From Candidatus Saccharimonadales bacterium (GTDB lineage: Bacteria; Patescibacteriota; Saccharimonadia; UBA4664; DATIHN01): DNA of 64,000 nucleotides. The translations under genes were made by a program, and so were the position numbers. The stretch is taken from the NCBI GenBank assembly GCA_035480635.1, contig DATIHN010000019.1:16260-80259 (forward strand), given 5' to 3'. Below are positions 57,920 to 64,000 of this stretch, one piece after another (within the stretch, counting starts at the first letter, position 1; the number at the start of each line of letters is the position of its first letter). The notes under the pieces are model-generated. The model saw nothing but the letters and a program-made list of their open reading frames with translations. It was not told where the DNA came from and made no database searches.

Positions 57920-58447
57920 TTAGCGCGCGCCGGCTGCGGTCCAAGTGCCGGTGGTGGCCAACGGAACGTAGGTTTCGGTGGCTGCGCCTTTGCCTTTGGC
58001 GTAGTAAAACAGGTTAGCCTTGCAGGTAGCTGAGCCGCCTCGAGTTAACCATTTAGAGCTGCTGCCGCCTAAGATGAAGCCTGGGAAGCCGCTAATTTGT
58101 TTCTGGTAAGTTTGATTGGCTGATCCGCCTTCACCATAAACTAGATCTGGGCTCAATGCATCGGTTGAGGTGACCATACCATCACCATTAACGTCCTGGA
58201 AACACAGGACTTCGACTCGGGGGTATTTTGCCGTGTTGTCGGTTAGTCTGGGGTAAGTTGATGTAAAGGTGGCTAGACCACCCAAGTAAGGACCTGTTTG
58301 GTCGAGTTTGATACTAGATGAGCCACCACCGGGGGAGGCGGCATGGCCGCTGGCGATGAAATAACCAAGGACAACAGCGCCAATAATAATTAACGCGAGA
58401 CTAAGGGGATTAAGACTTAAATTTTTAAGAGCGGCTTTTTTGGCCAT
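57920..58447 (-). CDS. Hypothetical exported/membrane-anchored protein
   Basis: N-terminal hydrophobic anchor. Gly/Ser/Thr-rich. 175 aa. Confidence 0.4.
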   Translation of the reverse strand: MAKKAALKNLSLNPLSLALIIIGAVVLGYFIASGHAASPGGGSSSIKLDQTGPYLGGLATFTSTYPRLTDNTAKYPRVEVLCFQDVNGDGMVTSTDALSPDLVYGEGGSANQTYQKQISGFPGFILGGSSSKWLTRGGSATCKANLFYYAKGKGAATETYVPLATTGTWTAAGAR

Positions 58448-58549
58448 CTATTTATTTTCCCTATCCTATTAATAAAATACTTATGCTAATACTTATACAG
58501 GCAAATCACGGTCCAGTCAATAAACATAACCGCAATCCGGGTGCGAAAA

Positions 58550-58894
58550 TTAGGCTTTTTCGATAGCTTTTAAGCGTACATTCAAAATCTGCTTAATGAG
58601 CTTTTCTGGAATCGGGTTTGCCAAAGTGAAACGAATCGTGCCCTTGGATAAATCATAAGCTTTTAGTTGATCTTTCAGTGCTTCAATCGGAGCGGCGCCG
58701 GGGAAAAGGCTCAGATGATCTTTCATCGCCGCAAAGCTAACCAAGTATTTGCCGCGGTACTTAAAGCCGGGCATACCGTAGGTCATGACTTCGTCGGCTT
58801 CGGGTACGGTTTGGTGAACGATACGGCGAATCCGCTCGAGTTCCGCTCGCTCAGCCTCCGGCACCTTTTCTAATAATTCATCGATAACGGACAT
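58550..58894 (-). CDS. DUF1801 (YdhG/YjbR-like) domain protein
   Basis: 'MTYGMPGFKYRGKYLVSFAAMKDHLSLFP' matches the DUF1801 core. Confidence 0.5.
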   Translation of the reverse strand: MSVIDELLEKVPEAERAELERIRRIVHQTVPEADEVMTYGMPGFKYRGKYLVSFAAMKDHLSLFPGAAPIEALKDQLKAYDLSKGTIRFTLANPIPEKLIKQILNVRLKAIEKA

Positions 58895-58958
58895 GGCATG
58901 ATTATACCAGAGCGCTTCTGGTTAAAATGGCCTAAATATGTTATATTTTGCCAGTTAA

Positions 58959-59035
58959 GCGCCCTTAGCTCAGCGGATTAGAGCGTCTGGCTTCGGACCA
59001 GAAGGTCGGGGGTTCGAATCCCTCAGGGCGCGCCA
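58959..59035 (+). tRNA. tRNA-Arg (anticodon TCG), CCA encoded
   Basis: Acceptor GCGCCCT/AGGGCGC, anticodon loop CTTCGGA, T-loop TTCGAAT, G-CCA. Confidence 0.8.
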
Positions 59036-59051
59036 TTTAAAGGATTTTGCC

Positions 59052-59702
59052 GTGCGGATAATTTGTCCTTATACAGCCAATCGGCTCAGACAGCAAACTC
59101 GAAGTGCTCTGCCGCTTACGGCTGAGTTTGTAGAAATGACAGCCTTCGATAGCTATCAACAGCTGCTGCTTTCACTTTGGCAGCGCAGCGATTCATTTAT
59201 TATCATCGAACATGATGTGGTGCCATATCCGTCTATATTTGCAGAACTTTCGGCCTGCAAACGGGAATGGTGTTCTAGTCCCTACGGATCAGGTGCGGCT
59301 TCACTAGGTTGCGTCAAAATAACTAAATCGCTGATTTCTAAACTGCCTGGCTTATGGGAGAAAATGCCGCTGCGGCACTGGCAATACTGTGATAGCTGGT
59401 TTAATGAAAACGCCGAAAGAGTTTCGTCGGTACACTATCACCAACCAGTTTTGGCCCATTTGCACGCTGATAACCCGATCACTGCCAAAGGGCCGCTAAT
59501 TACTCGCGTCCGACGCCAAAATGATCAAGAGGTTGAGGTAGCTTTTTATGACCCCAAGATTGAGTACGAATTTGCTTCGATGACGCTACCCCGGACCAAA
59601 TTGTCTAACGAACAGATTGAAGATCGCGTCGCGAGCGAACTAAATAAACTAAACCAACTCTACTTCCTAACGGCCAACGACAATTCCGGGCCGGCAACCT
59701 AA
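59052..59702 (+). CDS. Hypothetical protein (216 aa) sandwiched between two tRNA genes
   Basis: GTG start 17 nt after tRNA-Arg. No recognisable domain. Confidence 0.45.
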   Translation: MRIICPYTANRLRQQTRSALPLTAEFVEMTAFDSYQQLLLSLWQRSDSFIIIEHDVVPYPSIFAELSACKREWCSSPYGSGAASLGCVKITKSLISKLPGLWEKMPLRHWQYCDSWFNENAERVSSVHYHQPVLAHLHADNPITAKGPLITRVRRQNDQEVEVAFYDPKIEYEFASMTLPRTKLSNEQIEDRVASELNKLNQLYFLTANDNSGPAT

Positions 59703-59777
59703 GGATATTATGCTAGACTTTTTTTGAGGGGTGTTTTATAGTTTTTAGTCGCATCAAGCCGATAAAACGCTTTGACG

Positions 59778-59853
59778 TGGGCCGTTAGCTCAATTGGCAG
59801 AGCAGTTGCCTCTTAAGCAATTGGTTGAGGGTTCGAGTCCCTCACGGCCCCCC
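59778..59853 (+). tRNA. tRNA-Lys (anticodon CTT), CCA encoded
   Basis: Acceptor GGGCCGT/ACGGCCC, anticodon loop CTCTTAA, T-loop TTCGAGT, C-CCA. Confidence 0.85.
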
Positions 59854-59860
59854 AGATGAT

Positions 59861-60604
59861 ATGAAAAAGACAAAACGAACATCTGCAATTATTGCGACGT
59901 TGGCTGGCATCTTTGCCTTGCGAACCCTGAAGCTAGCCTACCAGCGCTCAAGGTTTGGCCACATGATCGAAAACGTCCTGGGTGGCTCCGATCAAACCGT
60001 CAAATTGAATCAAGACCTAGCTGATTCATTGCCCAAGACTAGTTTGAGTTTCCGCGGTAAGCCAGCCGATCCGATCAACCTAATGATTTTAGGTAGTACT
60101 AGCCACATCGAAGGTGCCTTTAATAGAGCCGGCTGGCAGCAGGCGGTACCGGTGAGTGCCTCCAACTGGTTCAAAGCATTTTGGTCCGGCTTGCTCAATC
60201 AACGCTATGCCGATGGCCCGATGACGCCATTTTATATTGCAACCACCCCGAATGATCTGCAGTTCCAAAAAGAATCGCCTAGCCAAGGTTTCCGTCAGCG
60301 TCATCACATTCGGCTCTGGCAAACTAACATGCGCTTGGTCGGCGGCACCGAAATTTGGTTGGCCACGGCCAGCTTTGATAAATCGCTGCGTTTTTACCGG
60401 GGCTTAGGCATGCCCTATCATCACATCGATCCAGACTTGGATGCCGAACGAGATTTTATCACTAGCGAGCTCGTGGCGGCTGGGGGCAAAGAGAGAGCTC
60501 GTTTTGCGATGACTGATAAATTGGATGGCCGTAACGTCTTCCACGACAAATACTTTACCGATGGCAAGATAGTCGTAGTTGATGTCGAGCAGGCTGCAGC
60601 GTGA
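59861..60604 (+). CDS. Hypothetical exported protein, LssY C-terminal-like domain (tentative)
   Basis: N-terminal anchor 'MKKTKRTSAIIATLAGIFAL' and 'RHHIRLW' motif. The track ORF begins inside the tRNA, so the start was moved to the first Met after the tRNA. Confidence 0.4.
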   Translation: MKKTKRTSAIIATLAGIFALRTLKLAYQRSRFGHMIENVLGGSDQTVKLNQDLADSLPKTSLSFRGKPADPINLMILGSTSHIEGAFNRAGWQQAVPVSASNWFKAFWSGLLNQRYADGPMTPFYIATTPNDLQFQKESPSQGFRQRHHIRLWQTNMRLVGGTEIWLATASFDKSLRFYRGLGMPYHHIDPDLDAERDFITSELVAAGGKERARFAMTDKLDGRNVFHDKYFTDGKIVVVDVEQAAA

Positions 60605-61386
60605 AGCTGACCACCAGCGATCTAGATACCTACGTCAAAGAACGCCACCGGCGGCAAATCCAGTCTTTAGCAATTAAACCAATTTTGGCCGTAGCTATGG
60701 CCGGTGCAGATGCGGCTAGTGCCAGCTTTGTCCGGGCTAAAGAACACTATGGAGACGATATTGGTGTAACACTGCAAATCAAATCAACTCAAAAGCCGGT
60801 TGAATTAATGAAGCAAATTGAGACTTGGAACCAGCAAAAAGACATTTCTGGCATTATTATCCAATTACCCTTGCCCAGCGCCTTTGATACTGAAGCGGCC
60901 ATTAAGTTAATCGCCGCCGCCAAAGACGTTGATGGGCTGAAGGCAGATAGCCCTTTTGATTCTCCTGCCGCCAAAGGGATTATGTGGTTGTTGGGCTCGT
61001 TGCCAATCTCGATCAAGTCTGCTTATGTCGCCGTGGTCGGTCAAGGCCGTTTGGTCGGTGCACCGATTAGTACCATGCTGGAGTCGAGCGGAGCCAAGGT
61101 TGAGCGCCTAGACGATGCTACTAAAAATCTAGCGGCCAAAACTAGAGCCTGCGATATTATTATCTCTGCCACCGGTCAGCCTGGATTAATAAATCGCTCG
61201 ATGCTAAAAAGTGGCGTAATTGTTATTGATGCCGGTACGGCTGAGGCTAGCGGTAGCATCACTGGGGATGCCGACCCAGCCCTTTATGACGATCCGGATA
61301 TCCAAGTTACCCCAGTACCTGGCGGGGTTGGACCGCTGACGGTGGCGGCTCTGTTTGATAATTTATTGATTGCCAGCCAGCTTTAA
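60601..61386 (+). CDS. folD: Bifunctional methylenetetrahydrofolate dehydrogenase/cyclohydrolase FolD
   Basis: 'VVGQGRLVGAPISTML', 'ATGQPGLI' and 'TPVPGGVGPLTVAAL'. Confidence 0.9.
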   Translation: MKLTTSDLDTYVKERHRRQIQSLAIKPILAVAMAGADAASASFVRAKEHYGDDIGVTLQIKSTQKPVELMKQIETWNQQKDISGIIIQLPLPSAFDTEAAIKLIAAAKDVDGLKADSPFDSPAAKGIMWLLGSLPISIKSAYVAVVGQGRLVGAPISTMLESSGAKVERLDDATKNLAAKTRACDIIISATGQPGLINRSMLKSGVIVIDAGTAEASGSITGDADPALYDDPDIQVTPVPGGVGPLTVAALFDNLLIASQL

Positions 61387-61794
61387 ACAATCTGGGCAGA
61401 GACCGCTGATTTCAACGTGGTGCTCCAGCGGCCGAAAGCCCGCCACTTCAGCCACGCCAGCCAGTTGATATTCCAAGTTTGGGCTATGAATAACCTGGCT
61501 ATAACCACAGCGGCTGCAAACCAAATGATGATGATGGGGCGAAAAGTCCTCGCCCAATTCTAGCCAGTCACCGCCCGGGCGATGGACGGTTTTGATGATA
61601 CCAAGGTGGTTAAAGAGCTTAATAGTCCGATAAATACTGGCTCGATCGGCCCAGTTACCACTCAGAGCCACAATTTGATGGATTTGGACCGGTTCAGCCG
61701 CATTAACCAGAAAATCCAGTACCAACTTGCGGGGTTGGGTCAGGCGTAGTCCCCGCGAAAGTAACAATTTTTGCAATTTTTGACTAGGATCCAT
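61363..61794 (-). CDS. zur: Fur family transcriptional regulator (probably Zur)
   Basis: 'HHHLVCSRCG...HVEISGLCPDC' metal-binding motifs. Divergent from a ZIP transporter. Confidence 0.75.
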   Translation of the reverse strand: MDPSQKLQKLLLSRGLRLTQPRKLVLDFLVNAAEPVQIHQIVALSGNWADRASIYRTIKLFNHLGIIKTVHRPGGDWLELGEDFSPHHHHLVCSRCGYSQVIHSPNLEYQLAGVAEVAGFRPLEHHVEISGLCPDCLKLAGNQ

Positions 61795-61840
61795 TGCAAT
61801 AAGTATAGGCTATTGCGACTAAGTTGCAATAGCCTATGAT
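61768..61840. promoter_or_regulatory. Putative Fur/Zur operator: 12-bp perfect inverted repeat ATAGGCTATTGC-N9-GCAATAGCCTAT (61805-61837) with additional TTGCAAT motifs
   Basis: Read directly. Lies immediately upstream of the fur-family start codon, in the divergent region toward the ZIP gene. Confidence 0.5.
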
Positions 61841-61882
61841 GTATGCTAGGTTTGTGACCATGAAATCATCTGGAATTCGACC

Positions 61883-62608
61883 TTGCTAGTAGTCTTGTTG
61901 GCCTTTGCCACCTTTATTTCAACCATGTTGGGTGGCTATACGGCCCTTAAAAATCAGGATCGCCTGCACCGAATCTTGGGCTTTACGGCCGGGGTTTTAT
62001 TAGGGGTGGTAGCTTTTGATCTGTTGCCGGAAATATTTAAATTGGTCGGTTCAACCGGTACTAATGAAACGGTGCCAATGGTGGCGCTAGTTATCGGCTT
62101 TTTGGGCTTTCATGTCGTCGAAAAATTTATCATTATGCATCATGCCCACGACGAGGAATATGAGCACAATGTTCATCCCCACGTCGGAGTGGCTTCAGCC
62201 AGCGCTTTGATTGGTCATAGTTTTTTGGATGGTGTTGGCATTGGGTTGGCTTTTCAGGTCAGTACGGCTGTGGGCCTATCAGTGGCCATTGCCGTGATTG
62301 CTCACGACTTTGCTGATGGCCTTAATACCGTTAGCGTCATGCTCAGGCATAAGAACAGCCAGGTCCAGGCCCGACGCTTTCTACTGGCCGATGCCATAGC
62401 CCCGGTTTTGGGAGCTGCTTCAACTTTGGTTTTTCATCTGTCCGACCCACTCCTGTTGATTTACCTAGGCGCCTTCACTGGCTTTTTACTCTACGTTGGG
62501 GCTTCCGATATTTTGCCCGAAGCCCATGCCAAACATTCGTCCATCGGTACGGTTGGCCTGACGGTCCTTGGAACGCTGTTCATTTTTATAGTCACGCGTT
62601 TTACCTAG
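61883..62608 (+). CDS. zupT: ZIP family metal (zinc) transporter
   Basis: 'HSFLDGVGIGLAF' and 'IAHDFADGL' ZIP signatures. TTG start. Confidence 0.8.
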   Translation: MLVVLLAFATFISTMLGGYTALKNQDRLHRILGFTAGVLLGVVAFDLLPEIFKLVGSTGTNETVPMVALVIGFLGFHVVEKFIIMHHAHDEEYEHNVHPHVGVASASALIGHSFLDGVGIGLAFQVSTAVGLSVAIAVIAHDFADGLNTVSVMLRHKNSQVQARRFLLADAIAPVLGAASTLVFHLSDPLLLIYLGAFTGFLLYVGASDILPEAHAKHSSIGTVGLTVLGTLFIFIVTRFT

Positions 62609-62682
62609 ACATTTAGCCAAAATTAGGTTAAAATGATCGAGTTCATTCCCATTCGGGACCCCAGAGTGTTAGGTGGTTCGCG

Positions 62683-63306
62683 TTGTCCGAACAAGGTCAT
62701 TCTCATGTGGCCCAGTTCGGCTGGGCCACTTTAGGACTATCGCTCTTTGCAGTATTCGAATTTGCGGCAGGCTTCATCAGCCACAACCCGGCCATGGTGG
62801 CCGACGCTGGCCACAACCTCTCAGACAGTGTTTTGACTGGTGCCGGTGGCGTCGTCGAATTCATCACCGGTCGGGCCAAAAGCCACACAGCTAGGTGCAC
62901 GGTTCCAAAGCTGGTCGGCGTTGGCGTTTGCTTGCTGACTATAGTACTGGTCGGCATCTTCACCTTTGCCGAAGCTGGCCGAATGACCAGCCTACTAAAT
63001 CCCTGGTTGATTGTGCCGGTTGGATTGGCCAGCTTTCTGCTCAATCGCTTCTATAGCCAGCGGCTGCATCATGAGCATAATCGGCACGCCAGAGCCTGGT
63101 CCAAGCACCTGGAGGTCGATGCATACTTGTCGCTAGCGTTGATCCCCGGCGGTCTACTGACGTACTGGACTGGCAGCGTTGGCTGGAACATCGCTGCCGC
63201 GTTTGGCATTTTCGGCTTCGCAGCCTGGCACAACGGCAAGGAGGCCATTGGGACAATTAGGTCGGTCCATCGCCAAGCCAACCACGAGCCTGACCATTCG
63301 CACTAA
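62683..63306 (+). CDS. Cation diffusion facilitator-like transporter (membrane domain only)
   Basis: 'AMVADAGHNLSDSV' resembles the CDF TM2 'HxxxD' metal site. 207 aa, 5-6 TM helices. Confidence 0.5.
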   Translation: MSEQGHSHVAQFGWATLGLSLFAVFEFAAGFISHNPAMVADAGHNLSDSVLTGAGGVVEFITGRAKSHTARCTVPKLVGVGVCLLTIVLVGIFTFAEAGRMTSLLNPWLIVPVGLASFLLNRFYSQRLHHEHNRHARAWSKHLEVDAYLSLALIPGGLLTYWTGSVGWNIAAAFGIFGFAAWHNGKEAIGTIRSVHRQANHEPDHSH

Positions 63307-63334
63307 TCCTGCGGATGGCCGGGCTCGGAAACTT

Positions 63335-63715
63335 TTAAGCTAATAATTTCTTTATTTTTTCGGAGACTTCTTTGGGCGTCATATCGGCTTTAACGATATA
63401 GTCGGAGGCCTTCATTTTATAAACTTTACTGGCGGTTTCGGCATCACCCATATTAGTCAACACCACAACTTTGAGGTCTTTCATTTTAGGGTCTTTGCGG
63501 ATGTGACCAAGTACATCCAACCCATTCATGCCTGGCATCATAAGATCGAGCAGCACAATATCGGGGTTAAATTCTTGAATCAACTTGAGCCCAACCATGC
63601 CATCACCGGCCGTTTTAACGGTGTAGCCCTCTTGCTCAAACTTCAGCCGATACATTTGAACGATCGCCAAATCATCTTCAATGATCGCAACCTTCGGATT
63701 AGTCTTCTCAGCCAT
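63335..63715 (-). CDS. Single-domain response regulator (CheY-like receiver)
   Basis: 'KVAIIEDD...DIVLLDLMMPGMNG...VVVLT' with the phospho-acceptor Asp. Confidence 0.8.
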   Translation of the reverse strand: MAEKTNPKVAIIEDDLAIVQMYRLKFEQEGYTVKTAGDGMVGLKLIQEFNPDIVLLDLMMPGMNGLDVLGHIRKDPKMKDLKVVVLTNMGDAETASKVYKMKASDYIVKADMTPKEVSEKIKKLLA

Positions 63716-63753
63716 AGGATAACTTTAATGCTTTAAGATAGGTGAAGCAACGT

Positions 63754-63999
63754 CTACTTCTTAAAAGGGTTGAACTTGCGATCCCAGGGGCTCGACTTGT
63801 AAACTGCGCAAACGAGTGCACTAACTGGTTCTTGTGTGCAGGTGATCCCAACTATTTCCATTGTTATCTCACCAAAAGTTTCGTCTTTACGTCCATCCAT
63901 AAGTGACTCAAGAGTAGCTCGAATATCGCGTTCTACAGTCTTTTTATTGCTCCCGACGTGTTCAACAAAAAGACCCTTTCTATTCTCTTCATTTTGCAC
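63754..63999 (-). CDS. Hypothetical protein (81 aa) at the window edge
   Basis: ORF only. Confidence 0.3.
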   Translation of the reverse strand: MQNEENRKGLFVEHVGSNKKTVERDIRATLESLMDGRKDETFGEITMEIVGITCTQEPVSALVCAVYKSSPWDRKFNPFKK

Positions 64000-64000
64000 C

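Noticed and set aside
59824-59861. TTG start of the track ORF 59825-60604 lying inside tRNA-Lys(CTT).
   Set aside because: A protein start inside the tRNA is implausible, so the start was moved to the first Met after the tRNA. My hand count also placed the TTG 1 nt off from the track coordinate, so coordinates in this small region carry a 1-nt uncertainty.
62673-62894. ORF 62673-62894 (+) overlapping the start of the CDF-like gene.
   Set aside because: It is out of frame with the membrane protein and is Arg/Trp-rich, which is a GC-rich frame artefact.
1-64000. CRISPR arrays, rRNA genes, insertion-sequence transposases and integrases.
   Set aside because: No periodic short direct repeats with unique spacers, no 16S/23S-like sequence, and no protein with DDE/HUH transposase or tyrosine/serine recombinase motifs was seen in any frame.

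Overview
This 64-kb window is a gene-dense bacterial chromosomal segment with a standard genetic code (TGA, TAA and TAG all act as stops). Most genes are housekeeping. The small, compact gene complement (reduced HrcA, ComEC without a beta-lactamase domain, type IV pilus genes, many translationally coupled or overlapping genes) is compatible with a small-genome bacterium, possibly of the Patescibacteria/Saccharibacteria type; that assignment is inference only.

Housekeeping content: lepA (5' end cut by the window edge), pyrG, a CIRCE-controlled hrcA-grpE-dnaK-dnaJ heat-shock operon, ruvB-ruvA-ruvC-yebC-comEC, purN, murA, murB, folD, RNase Y, HU, a DEAD-box helicase, exonuclease III, type II NADH dehydrogenase, an RND transporter, and a Fur-family regulator with ZIP and CDF metal transporters.

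A type IV pilus locus (pilM-pilN-pilO, major pilin, pilC, pilB) sits next to a secreted protein carrying two lamin-tail (LTD) domains.

Nine tRNA genes were found by eye: Phe-GAA, Lys-UUU, His-GUG, Arg-UCU, Gly-UCC, Pro-UGG, Arg-CCG, Arg-UCG and Lys-CUU.

Non-standard items that deserve a second look:
- A ~320-bp structured non-coding repeat with terminal inverted repeats, present in two copies.
- Two extra genes inserted inside the dnaK operon, one of them clearly AT-rich.
- A 1252-aa subtilase with FG-GAP propeller repeats and a C-terminal dockerin.
- An expanded zinc-finger loop in PilB.
- The LTD gene's 3' end overlapping tsaE by about 95 nt.
- Direct duplications of tRNA 3' ends (His and Arg-CCG) flanked by GC-rich orphan ORFs, which look like integration scars.
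- The purN stop codon lying inside tRNA-Phe.
- A long palindromic operator between the fur-family gene and the ZIP transporter.

No CRISPR array, rRNA gene, integrase or transposase was seen.

Feature coordinates come from the ORF track plus manual indexing. tRNA, promoter and terminator coordinates may be off by 1-2 nt.
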